Source: an uncultured delta proteobacterium (GTDB lineage Bacteria > Desulfobacterota > Binatia > UBA9968). From it: a stretch of DNA of 64,000 nucleotides. The translations under genes were made by a program, and so were the position numbers. The stretch spans positions 192,001-256,000 of the forward strand of contig CAVYTU010000014.1 of the NCBI GenBank assembly GCA_963771465.1. The letters are read 5' to 3'. A model generated the notes under the pieces. It saw only the letters and a list, made by a program, of their open reading frames with translations. It was not told the origin of the DNA and made no database searches. Shown here piece by piece: positions 31,173-40,625 of this stretch; position 1 is the stretch's first letter; each line of letters starts with the position of its first letter.

Positions 31173-32468
31173 CTAATGCGGCGCAGGCCTTGATTCAGAC
31201 TGGGGAAGCCTGACGATTGTTGTTGAATCTTCCTCGATCAAGGATCTTAGATTGGTCCCCTCCAGGGCTTTTCGCACAGCGTGATCACGCTGCAGCAGGA
31301 TTTGGTTGGCGCGACCGGCTTGATCGATCGCTGGCGCGGCGGCATCGTCCGCGATAGCCACGATATCCAGAACCTCTTTGATACCCACAGTTTCCGGTGG
31401 CCGCGCCAACGCGACACCTTCAGGCTCAGCGGATCTGAGCAAAATTCCCGCTCTGACATATTCGTCAAACAGATTGTCCAGGCTCGGCACGCCGAGATAA
31501 GCGGCAAGCTCGGTGGGTTGCCAGGGCGGCGCTTGAGAAAGATGGCGTTGGGTAATCTCGACGAGCGCCGAAAGGGCCAACCATTCCTGGAATCGATGCC
31601 CCTTGGCGCCGGGCAGTGCATCGCGGATGAAGGCGGAAGGGTGTTGATGAAAATAGGCGACTTCAGCGCCGACCAGGAAAATTAGCCAGCCGACATAAAC
31701 CCAAATAAGAAAGACAATGATGATCGCGAAGCTCGAGTAAATGGCGGCGTAGCGGGCAGAGTTGGCAACGAAGGCGGCGAATGCCGTACCGACGAGCTGC
31801 CACAGAATACCCGCGGCGGCTCCGCCGATCAGCGCCGAACTAAGCCGCACGCGGGTGTAGGGAATCAATTTGTAGAGAAACGCGAACGTGGCGCAAAACA
31901 GGACAAAAGGCATGACGCTGGTCGTCAGTGTAAAAATGTAACTCACGAAGCCGATTTGAACGAGGCGCTCCACCAACCAATAACTTTGCGCCGAGGCGAT
32001 GAGAGTTAAAGCGGTAAAAACCATGACCGGTCCTACCAAGACCACACTCAGATAAGCCGTAATCCTTTGGCCCCACGTGCGCGACCGCGGTAAGCGCCAG
32101 ATCCGGTTAAGCGCGTCCTCGATCTTGGCCACCAGCGTGACCACGGTATAAAACAACATGGCCATGCCCGCTGCACCCAAGATGCCGACGCGGAGATTGT
32201 CAACAAAGCCCATGATCTTGATGGTCACCGCTGATGCTTCTGCACCAAGCGGTTGCAGCAGCTGCGCGAGAAAGGGCTCCAGACCATTCTGCACTCCGAA
32301 GGACTTTAGCACCGAGAACATCACGGCAAGGAAGGGAACTAACGATAGCAACGTGGAGTAGGTCAAACTCATTGCCTGGAGACTGAGCACATCGTCGCGG
32401 TATCTCGAGTTGACGATGACAGTCGCCCGGTAAAGCGACCCTTGAACCTTGGCGAGAATCGCACTCAT
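31173..32468 (-). CDS. YihY/BrkB-family membrane protein with C-terminal winged-helix extension
   Basis: SLTYSTLLSLVP, IEDALNRIW, LYKLIP, YAAIYSSFA, W.IFLVGAE. Confidence 0.9.
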   Translation of the reverse strand: MSAILAKVQGSLYRATVIVNSRYRDDVLSLQAMSLTYSTLLSLVPFLAVMFSVLKSFGVQNGLEPFLAQLLQPLGAEASAVTIKIMGFVDNLRVGILGAAGMAMLFYTVVTLVAKIEDALNRIWRLPRSRTWGQRITAYLSVVLVGPVMVFTALTLIASAQSYWLVERLVQIGFVSYIFTLTTSVMPFVLFCATFAFLYKLIPYTRVRLSSALIGGAAAGILWQLVGTAFAAFVANSARYAAIYSSFAIIIVFLIWVYVGWLIFLVGAEVAYFHQHPSAFIRDALPGAKGHRFQEWLALSALVEITQRHLSQAPPWQPTELAAYLGVPSLDNLFDEYVRAGILLRSAEPEGVALARPPETVGIKEVLDIVAIADDAAAPAIDQAGRANQILLQRDHAVRKALEGTNLRSLIEEDSTTIVRLPQSESRPAPH

Positions 32469-32598
32469 AAGTCAACCTCGCTTCCAGCTGCTAGTTTAGT
32501 TCTTTATATGACGAACTCTAGTGGGAGGGACCAAATGAATTTGGGCGAAATTTTGCACTGAGTGCACGAAAGCCCAAATCGGCCTGCTCTCGGTCGTC

Positions 32599-33314
32599 CT
32601 ACTTGGCGTCGTGGAAAATAATTCCCAGTGTGTAGCGCTCGCCCGAGTGAACGGTGCTGACACCGTGACGAAGGTTGGCTCGGTAGTAGCCGCGCGCGCC
32701 GCGCACGGGTCGATGATGAACTGCAAAGATGACCGCATCGCCCTGCTCTGGCGTGAGCACTTCAACGCGAGATTGCCGGCGTGGCTGTTGCTCGGCGAGG
32801 ACGAATTCGCCGCCATCAAAATCCTTGGCGTGCTGACTCAAGAAACAGGTGACTTGAAACGGAAACACGATTCGCCGTATAAATCCTGATGCAGGCAGTT
32901 AAAATCACCGGCGCCATATTTGAGCAGCAAGGGCGTTGCGCGCTTTTGGCCGGCGCGATGACATCGCTCAAGGAAGTCCGTAAGCTTTTCGGGAAAGCGG
33001 GGCGTTTTACCGCCTAGCCGTTCGCTCCATTGATTGGCAAGCGGCGCCAGCTGCGGATAGATCGAGGCTCTCAGCTGTTGCACGATCTCGGGCAACGGAT
33101 GAGTGAAATACTTATACTCGCCACGACCGAACGAATAGCGCGCCATCTCGATGCGCGAGCGGAAGCGATGATCCTCGGCGTAATAGCCGGCTATCTCATT
33201 GCAGACATTCTTCGTGAGCACGCCAGGGATCAAGACAAATCCGCGTTCGTCGAGCTGGGACCGCGAATGTTCCCAATCGATGTCGCGCTCACCGATTGTC
33301 GATGGAATTCTCAT
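32599..33314 (-). CDS. 2OG-Fe(II) oxygenase (DUF2086-like), with an apparent -1 frameshift at ~32870
   Basis: FGRGEYKYF, TPLLLKY, NCLHQDLYGE, then FPFQV, GGEFVL.EQ.PRRQS, RHGVS, RYTLGIIFHDA; one A missing in gaa(a)tc. Confidence 0.85.
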
Positions 33315-33326
33315 CGAAAGTTTCTC

Positions 33327-33827
33327 TCAGCTATTCATCGGCAGGGTGGCACGGGTTTCGAGAGCCAGCAGCGCGGCTTTCGTCGCGATCCCGCCGGCGA
33401 AGCCGGTAAGCGATCCGTCCGCGCCGACGACCCGATGACATGGCACGATGATGGACAAAGGATTCTTGCCGTTGGCCGCGCCAACGGCGCGAGCAGCCTT
33501 GGATGAGCCAAGCGCTTTTGCCAGCTCGAGATAGCTCCTGGTTTGACCGAACGGTATCTCTCTCAAGGCCTGCCAGACTTTCTTCTGAAACTCGCTACCG
33601 TCGGGCTGAAGCGGAAGATCGAACTCGGTTCTTGCGCCGGAGAAATATTCCGTAAGTTGGCGCTCGGTCTCCAGCAAAATTGGCTGCTGAGGATACAACC
33701 TCGCAGTATCAAGCTTTACTCGGTTCGGCGGCTCGCGTTCCCAGAGCACCGCGACCAAAGCGTCGGCGTTTGCGACCAGTTTAAGCTTGCCGACGGGGGA
33801 TTCGATCTCTTTGTAAAATAGCGTCAT
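33327..33827 (-). CDS. ogt: Methylated-DNA-[protein]-cysteine S-methyltransferase
   Basis: FQKKVW, RAVGAANGKNP, active site PCHRV. Confidence 0.93.
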   Translation of the reverse strand: MTLFYKEIESPVGKLKLVANADALVAVLWEREPPNRVKLDTARLYPQQPILLETERQLTEYFSGARTEFDLPLQPDGSEFQKKVWQALREIPFGQTRSYLELAKALGSSKAARAVGAANGKNPLSIIVPCHRVVGADGSLTGFAGGIATKAALLALETRATLPMNS

Positions 33828-34755
33828 CGTTATTTTCCTTTTTGCGTTTGGACAGACTTTGAGTGAATTCCTTCCACAGGTAAGTCGCCGCGTAGGATCG
33901 CCAAGGCTTGATCAGTTCCAGATCCAAATCAGGATGAAGCAATAGAGCGCGCTTAAGAATCAAATCCGTCTTGGGAAACGCATCCGTGTCACCGATGGCT
34001 CGAAGGCTGATATACTCGGCCGACCAGGGGCCGAGACCTTTTGTTTCGAGCAGCGCCTTGCGAAACGCTGCGCGATCTTGACCTTCGAAAAGAGAGATAG
34101 CGCCGCTCAGCACGCGCCGGCTGAAGTCGCGTATCGCCTCCCGGCGCGCGATCGTGGTTCTAACCGCGCTCAGATCGGCCTGCGCCAAAACCTCGGCTTC
34201 GGGAAACAGCCGCGTGTTTTCTCCCGACGATGGATGCGCGATTTCCAATCCATAGTTGTGCACGAGTTGGCCGACAAGATTGGCCCTTTGCTGGGCTGAA
34301 ACCAATTGCCCGAGGATCGAACAGATTGCCGTTTCGAACGGATCCCATCCCCGCGCCAGTCGTAAACCGGGATAGCGGTGGCAAAGAGATGCGAGCAGAG
34401 GAATTCGCCTAAAGCTTTTCTCAACCAACATGGGATCACAGTCCAAATCGAACATTTTTCTTATTCGCCTCAATACCTCTAATCTTATCTCGGCGACGTC
34501 AGGTGCGATCCGAACTTTGAGCTGCGGCACGCCGACCATGGTTTCTATTCGAACAATTCCCGTTTTGCCGTCGATGTGAAACACGCGCTCGAATGAATTT
34601 GTTGTGACCCGTTCCAGCCCGGGAATCGGATGGGTCTGGTAAAATCCAATGATCGTCGGCCAGTCGTAAGGTGATTTGAACGGCAGAGTGATCTCGATGC
34701 CACCCGAGTCACCTGTCTTGGAACGCTTCACTCTTCCTGCGCGTTGCAGTCTCAA
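33781..34755 (-). CDS. alkA: DNA-3-methyladenine glycosylase II (AlkA_N + HhH-GPD), without Ada/AraC N-terminus
   Basis: LPFKSPYDW, PGLRL..WDPFE..I.SILGQ, KGLGPWSAEYI.LR, DAFP..DL, PWRSYA. Confidence 0.9.
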   Translation of the reverse strand: MRLQRAGRVKRSKTGDSGGIEITLPFKSPYDWPTIIGFYQTHPIPGLERVTTNSFERVFHIDGKTGIVRIETMVGVPQLKVRIAPDVAEIRLEVLRRIRKMFDLDCDPMLVEKSFRRIPLLASLCHRYPGLRLARGWDPFETAICSILGQLVSAQQRANLVGQLVHNYGLEIAHPSSGENTRLFPEAEVLAQADLSAVRTTIARREAIRDFSRRVLSGAISLFEGQDRAAFRKALLETKGLGPWSAEYISLRAIGDTDAFPKTDLILKRALLLHPDLDLELIKPWRSYAATYLWKEFTQSLSKRKKENNDDAILQRDRIPRRQA

Positions 34756-34764
34756 AGGTAATCT

Positions 34765-35574
34765 CTAATCCGGCAGACAAATTTTGCACGGGCGCATGCC
34801 TGCTTGCCTCGCCTCTCTAGCATCGGCGAAAAACAAGATGCGCGCCCCGTCCACGCGGGCGGCGGTCCGGCAAGTGCCTCGACAATAAATTTTGGTGCCC
34901 TTGTGCCCCCAAATGACGTTGTCGGGAAGGCGCACGGCCGCATCCGCCAGGGCAAATCCTTCACTCCGCAGCAGTTGCAACTTACGCGGGATGCCGCCGC
35001 CATAACCACCGATCCTGCCGCCCGAGGCGATCACCCGGTGACAGGGAACATAGATTGGCACCGGATTGTTGTGCATGGCATTGCCGACGGCCCGCGCTCC
35101 TTTGGGCGCTCCGGCTGCGACGCCCAAAGCTTGGTAGCTGACCACAGCGCCGCGCGGGACTTCCTGGAGCTTATGCAAAACTCTCTTTTGGAACTCAGTG
35201 GACACCAGGGTGAAATCGACTTTCTGACGCAGCGCTTTTGCCTCTCCGGCCAGATAACGGCGGATCTCCTCGCTGACTTCGTTGATCGTCCGCCGATCGT
35301 CGACGAGATCCAGTTCCAATCGAAGTTTTGCAATGGTAACCGCGAGGTCGTCACCGTCAAGCAAGTAATGATTGAGCACGATGCCACGGCCGGTCATGGC
35401 CACGAGCAAGTCACCCAACGGTGATTTTAAAACGCCCACCGCCGCGTCCGGGCGCCGAACGTGTTTTAGCGCATGATCGACCCGACTGCGGGAACGACGC
35501 AACAAGGCGTCGATGCCATGTTCTTCGAATTCGCTGCCAATTGACCCGATAAGTTTTTCGATTTTCATAAACAT
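34765..35574 (-). CDS. Ogt-like methyltransferase fused to a C-terminal Ada-type Zn domain
   Basis: RAVGNA..NNP, PCHRV, then TKIYCRGTC...FF...EA..AGMRPCKIC; its ATG overlaps the sigma stop (TGATG). Confidence 0.88.
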   Translation of the reverse strand: MFMKIEKLIGSIGSEFEEHGIDALLRRSRSRVDHALKHVRRPDAAVGVLKSPLGDLLVAMTGRGIVLNHYLLDGDDLAVTIAKLRLELDLVDDRRTINEVSEEIRRYLAGEAKALRQKVDFTLVSTEFQKRVLHKLQEVPRGAVVSYQALGVAAGAPKGARAVGNAMHNNPVPIYVPCHRVIASGGRIGGYGGGIPRKLQLLRSEGFALADAAVRLPDNVIWGHKGTKIYCRGTCRTAARVDGARILFFADAREARQAGMRPCKICLPD

Positions 35575-36092
35575 CACCACATTGATTTAATTTTTCTTAT
35601 CGCCTGGGAAACATTAGCCCGCGCGCCTTGTTCCGAGCAGTCCATCGCGGCCGCTATTCCCGCGTAGTCCAGACCGGCGAAGCAGCGCAGATACAGCGCT
35701 TCGCGTTGTTTCGGCGGGAGCGCAGCGATCAGCTCGCGAATGCGCACAGCCGCGTAACCATCATTTTCACTAAATCCACGATGAGCTTTGCCGATCCTAT
35801 CCGGTTCCGAATTTTTCTTCTCAACGGCGACGATCACGCGCCCTCGGCGCGCGCCGTCACGCGCCCGATTACGACATAGGTTGACGGCGATCGTGTACAA
35901 CCAAGGCCTGATTTGGCTTTCCGGCTCAAGGCGCGGATAGGCGCGATACGCGCGCAGCCAGGTTTCCTGAAACAAGTCCGCGGCGTCGGCGCCATTGCCC
36001 GACACACGCAGCAGGTAGCGCAGAATCTCCCGTTCGTGGCGTTGCATGATCTGCTCGAAGGGAAGCGGTATTGGTAACTTCTTGGACGCCAT
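35574..36092 (-). CDS. ECF RNA polymerase sigma factor
   Basis: AADLFQET, WLYTIAVNLCRN, LPPKQREAL.L, Y..IAAAM. Confidence 0.92.
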   Translation of the reverse strand: MASKKLPIPLPFEQIMQRHEREILRYLLRVSGNGADAADLFQETWLRAYRAYPRLEPESQIRPWLYTIAVNLCRNRARDGARRGRVIVAVEKKNSEPDRIGKAHRGFSENDGYAAVRIRELIAALPPKQREALYLRCFAGLDYAGIAAAMDCSEQGARANVSQAIRKIKSMW

Positions 36093-36268
36093 ATGTCTGT
36101 TAAAACCCCGCCGGCGGGCGATTGTGAAAAATCGGCGTTTAAATATTAAACATTAGCGCGCCGGTGCGATTTCACAAACCACGGCCGTTTGGTTTTAGCA
36201 AAAGATCGATTCAAACTGATGCTACAACCGGGCAGAAGAAGAAAGAACCGTGGTGCAGCAATTGAACT

Positions 36269-36544
36269 TTAACTGAGCATCCCCTGCATCTCGTGGACAT
36301 AGCACCAGATCCAAGCCGCGGGTGGGACAGCGCGCATGACGGGATGGTGCGTCTCATGGAAATGTTTGGTCGCGTGCTTGCCCGTCGAGGAATCGCAGCA
36401 ACCAACGTGACCACAGGATTGGCACTCGCGAAGCGCGACCCAAAAAGTCCCCTCCGTCAGGCACTCGGCACATGCGCCGGGAGTCTTCGGTGAGGGAAAG
36501 TCGGCTGCGCTCAAGCCCGTCAAATGTTCACAAGACCCGGCCAT
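36269..36544 (-). CDS. Stand-alone UBP-type zinc finger protein
   Basis: CEH..CAEC..WVALRECQSCGHVGCCDSS..KHATKHF..HP..W.WCY. Confidence 0.9.
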   Translation of the reverse strand: MAGSCEHLTGLSAADFPSPKTPGACAECLTEGTFWVALRECQSCGHVGCCDSSTGKHATKHFHETHHPVMRAVPPAAWIWCYVHEMQGMLS

Positions 36545-36671
36545 ATCATCCCCTTATCGCAAACTCACAAGTGAAAGAGTTTTCGTCTACCGAAGAGTCC
36601 TGCATTTTCGGCCCTCGATCGATTGATGGGTCAATGGGTTGTTAGAAGATGCCATGCTTTTCCAACTTGGT

Positions 36672-38051
36672 TCATTCCAACGGTTTCAACTCGCCGAGCA
36701 TGGTCGGTATCAACTCTGTGACGGTGGGATGAATATGCATGGCGCGCTGGATCACCGTATAGGGCGCTTTGGCGTACATCACATCCAGGATCGAATGGAT
36801 CGCCTCATCGCACTCGATACCCAAGAGCGATGCTCCCAAGATCTCTTTGGTTTCGGCATCCACCAGGACTTTCATGAATCCTTGTGTCTCGCCCTTCTCC
36901 ACTGCGCGGCCAACCCGCGCCATGGGGCGTTTGCCAAGCAATGCTTTGCGCCCGGATTTTCGCACTTCCGCCTCGGTCATGCCGGCTCGCCCCAAAGGCG
37001 GATCGATGTAAAGCGCGTAGGCCGTGATGCGGTCGCTCACCCGGCGCGGGTCGCCATCCAGGAGATTGGCAGCGACGATCTCGTAGTCGTTGTAGGCCGT
37101 GTGAGTGAAAGCGCCTCGCCCATTGCAATCGCCCAGAGCGTAGATGCCGGCCACATCGGTGCTCAGTTGATCATCCACCTGGATGTAGCCACGCTGATCG
37201 ACGGTGACGCCGGCGTTTTTCAGGCCGAGGTCATCGGTGTTCGGCATGCGGCCCATGGCGAGAAGTAAATGCGAGCCAACCACAGTCTTGTCGCCGCCGC
37301 TGCAATCAACATTGACGGCCACCTTCTCGCCGCGTTTTTCCAAAGCGATGCATTGGGCGCTCAGGCGGATGTTGATGCCTTCGGCTTCGAGGATTGTGCC
37401 GATCGCTTGGGAAACATCCTCGTCTTCGCGCTGAATCAGGCGCGGCGCCATTTCGACGATGGTCACCGCGCTGCCAAAGCGGCGATACATCTGCGCAAAC
37501 TCCAAACCAATATAGCTGCCGCCGATGACGATCAGATGCTCGGGCACAAAGTCCACTTCCATCATGGTCGAGTTGTTGAAATAGCTCACCTGATCGTGGC
37601 CGGGCAGCGCCGGAGTGGCGGCGCGCCCGCCGACGTTGATAAAGATCTTCTCGGCTTCGAGGATGTCAGCTCCGACACGTACCTGATGCGCCGCTTCAAA
37701 GCGCGCGTGGCCTTGATAGATCGTCAGATTCTCCGTCCCCTTCAACCACTGCTCGACGCCTTCGTTGGAGCGGCGTACCACAGCGTCTTTGCGCGCTTTA
37801 ACTTGTTTCATGTCGACGGTGATCGAACCCCCGATCGTCACGCCATATTCGCCGGCGTGGCGCGCGACATGCGCCGCCCGCGCGCTGGCGATCAGCGTCT
37901 TGGTCGGGATGCAGCCGTTGTTGACGCAGGTGCCGCCGAAGCGCTTGCGCTCGATGATCGCCACTTTCATTTTTGCGCTGGCTAACCGGACCGCCAGCGC
38001 CGGCCCAGCCTGGCCGGTACCGATGATGATCGCGTCATAGTGAGTTGCCAT
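36672..38051 (-). CDS. Class I pyridine nucleotide-disulfide oxidoreductase (MerA/RclA/Lpd-like)
   Basis: GTGQAG, GGTCVNNGCIP redox disulfide, GGSYIG, HPTVTE; no HMA domain and no C-terminal Cys pair. Confidence 0.92.
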   Translation of the reverse strand: MATHYDAIIIGTGQAGPALAVRLASAKMKVAIIERKRFGGTCVNNGCIPTKTLIASARAAHVARHAGEYGVTIGGSITVDMKQVKARKDAVVRRSNEGVEQWLKGTENLTIYQGHARFEAAHQVRVGADILEAEKIFINVGGRAATPALPGHDQVSYFNNSTMMEVDFVPEHLIVIGGSYIGLEFAQMYRRFGSAVTIVEMAPRLIQREDEDVSQAIGTILEAEGINIRLSAQCIALEKRGEKVAVNVDCSGGDKTVVGSHLLLAMGRMPNTDDLGLKNAGVTVDQRGYIQVDDQLSTDVAGIYALGDCNGRGAFTHTAYNDYEIVAANLLDGDPRRVSDRITAYALYIDPPLGRAGMTEAEVRKSGRKALLGKRPMARVGRAVEKGETQGFMKVLVDAETKEILGASLLGIECDEAIHSILDVMYAKAPYTVIQRAMHIHPTVTELIPTMLGELKPLE

Positions 38052-38091
38052 AAGATTTTCTCCCTATTCCTCGATACGGAATCAATTATCT

Positions 38092-39066
38092 TTACGAAAC
38101 ACCAGCGAAGCTAATCGCCGCTTCATTGACCGGATCTGTGCTCACCACGGGGAATTTGTGCGCCAGCCAGCCATCGATTCCGCCGGCAAGCGGCCGCACT
38201 CGGGTAATACCCTTTTTCTGCAACAACAGCGCCACCCGGGCGCTGCTCGCTTCATTGGGTCACGAACAGTAAAGTACGACGTCGCGGTCGCGGGGAATTT
38301 CCTGGTGACGCATTTCAAGCTCTTCGATCGCCATGCGAACGGCTCCCGGTATCGTCTGTGGCAACGCCGCGACGTCGAGCGGCTGGCGCAGGTCGACGAT
38401 CAACACCTCGGTTCCGGCATTGAGCGTTTCCATCAGTTCTTGTGGCGTGATTCGAGCTGTGCGCAGTCGATGGAGGAAACGGCGGCGTTGGATGTATTTC
38501 CAGGAAATGTAGGCCGCCAGACTCGCAGCAAGGACGACGCCCAACCAGCCGCCCCAGCGCAGCAAATAAGTCGCGATCCGCTCGAGTTGATCGCTGAAAG
38601 TGAACCCCAGGCCGATGAAGGTCGCGGCCCACAACAATGCGCCCAAACCATCGAACACGATAAACCGCGGCACGGACATGCGGAAGATTCCGGCAAGCGC
38701 CGGCGCCGCCGTGTTCAGACCAGGGACAAACTTCGCGATGAGCAACGCTTGAGCCCCGTGTCGCACGAAGACGCTTTCCGTGCGCCGAACACAGGAGTCG
38801 GGTTCGAGAGAAATCCGGCAGAGCAGTTTTAACACTCGGCTGCCGCGTTGGCGGCCGAGGTAATACCAAACCAGATCACCCGCGAGGGCGGCGATGATCG
38901 CTAAACCCAGAGCGAGGGTCAAATCCATCCTACCCGTGCCCGCCAGCGCGCCGGCTGCGAGCAGCAACGGGAGAGCCGGTAGCGGCAAGCCGATTTGCTC
39001 AGCCAAAACCCAGACGAAGAGCAGAACATACCCATGCTGAATCAAGAAGTGAATCGTGTCGTTCAA
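38092..39066 (-). CDS. DedA(VTT)-rhodanese fusion, probable selenoprotein (UGA at 38260-38262)
   Basis: ORF track stops at VVLYCS; reading through the TGA gives VVLYCS-U-PNEASSARVALLLQKKGITRVRPLAGGIDGW..P, completing the rhodanese domain, with TAA at 38092; TTG start with AGGAG RBS. Confidence 0.88.
38225..38247 (-). promoter_or_regulatory. Putative bacterial SECIS hairpin
   Basis: mRNA AGCAGCGCC-CGGGU-GGCGCUGUU: 9-bp stem, loop begins 21 nt after the UGA, G at loop position 2. Confidence 0.7.
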
Positions 39067-39483
39067 AATCGGCTCCTGGGATTTTTCTCCTCTAATCGGG
39101 CCAATTATTCAAGTCGGTAAGACAAAGACAAGCGTCGGTGATCATCGCATCCCGAGATGCTAGCGAATTTATCGCTGCCTGAACCGTATTAGCGAGCGCG
39201 CTTCGTCAGCTCACGGCTCGGATATGAGCGCGCACGACGGCGGAAAATAACAGAGGCAAGCGGCCTTCTCAGGAGCCGGCGTGCGGCGGCTAGTTTGATA
39301 TCGGCTGCAAACTGCGATGCTGACAGCATCACGGCGTCGTTAGGCGACGTGGGATATGACGCAAACGATTATGTGTCGTAGCATCAAGACGCTTTTCAAT
39401 GCCCAGTTGCCGGGGGAACGGCCCAAGAGTTGAAGCGGGAGCAGGCGTGGACTTTTCTTTCGTGTTGGAGTAATCCGGCTCTT

Positions 39484-40536
39484 ATGGCGATGCGAAAACA
39501 GAGCACCAGATTAGGATTTCATTTTGAGCCGGCGCAATGGCGCGCCGCAAACGCTGGAATCCGCGTCATTGTTATCGCGCTGATTTTTCTCGCCTCCGCT
39601 GGGGCCGCACGTGGCGCCGACCAGGTGATGACGACCTATCAATCCGTAACGATCGGCAGCTCCACCCCGCTGTGGATCGCCAAGGACGCGGGGTTTTTTG
39701 AGCGCCAAGGACTCGACGTGAAGATCGTGTTTGTCGAGGGAAGCCCTCGCACCATGCAGACGCTCATCGCGGGAGAAGCGCAGATCGTCGAATCCACAGG
39801 TCCGGCAGTGCTCAACGCCCGCGCGGCCGGGTCCGCCGTGGTCATCGTCGCCGGTTATATCAATGTGATGCCGTACTATCTGATCGCCGATAACTCGATT
39901 AACTCTCCGGCGGATCTGAAAGGCAAAGTGGGCGCCAATCATATGCCCGGAACCGCGGCCGACACCGTGATTCGCATCGGCCTGAAAGCACTCGGGCTGG
40001 ATCCGGATCGCGACGTGTCGCTCCGCGCTATCGGCAACACACCCATGCGTTTGCAGGCGATGTCGGCGGGTGTCGCTCATTTTATGGTCGCGCAGGATCT
40101 CGAGCTTCAGCAGGCCAAGCGTCTCGGTTACAAGGTTCTCGTGGATTACGTCGCCACCAAAACCGCCTTTCCGATGGGCGGTGCCGTGACCACTGAGCGC
40201 TACGTGAAGGAGAAACGTGACACCGTGCTGCGCTACGTAAAAGCGATGGCTCAGGCCCTACACTATTTGAAAACCAACAGAGAAGGCTCACTGGCGATTA
40301 TCTCCCGCTACGCGCGTTTCCAGAATCGCGAGGTGATGGGAGCCGCTTTCGATGCCGCCCGGCGTCTGTACAGCGAGATCCCTATGCCGCCCACCGAAGG
40401 CTTCGATCTCGTTGCCAAGGAACTTGCCCAGCGCAATCCCAAGCTGCGCGATATCGATACGAGATCTGTGGTGGACTTGCAGTTTGTCAGAGAGCTCGAG
40501 CAAAGCGGCTTTCTGAAAAGCCTAAAGGGGAATTAA
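39484..40536 (+). CDS. NitT/TauT solute-binding protein
   Basis: PLWIAKDAGFFERQGLDV, LIAGE, DLKGK; start uncertain. Confidence 0.85.
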   Translation: MAMRKQSTRLGFHFEPAQWRAANAGIRVIVIALIFLASAGAARGADQVMTTYQSVTIGSSTPLWIAKDAGFFERQGLDVKIVFVEGSPRTMQTLIAGEAQIVESTGPAVLNARAAGSAVVIVAGYINVMPYYLIADNSINSPADLKGKVGANHMPGTAADTVIRIGLKALGLDPDRDVSLRAIGNTPMRLQAMSAGVAHFMVAQDLELQQAKRLGYKVLVDYVATKTAFPMGGAVTTERYVKEKRDTVLRYVKAMAQALHYLKTNREGSLAIISRYARFQNREVMGAAFDAARRLYSEIPMPPTEGFDLVAKELAQRNPKLRDIDTRSVVDLQFVRELEQSGFLKSLKGN

Positions 40537-40625
40537 TCCGGCGACCAGAGGTGGCTTTCCTCTTCCTCTAAATTCCCAGCATCAGGCTCGAACTGGTGTC
40601 CCCCCGCTCTCGCCGCACGGCTCGA

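Noticed and set aside
33781-33827. Functional 47-bp alkA/ogt overlap
   Set aside because: Falls just after an A-rich run where a single indel would give an earlier stop; probably error or neutral extension
36672-38051. Mercuric reductase merA
   Set aside because: Lacks the C-terminal Cys-Cys pair, the HMA domain and any mer operon context
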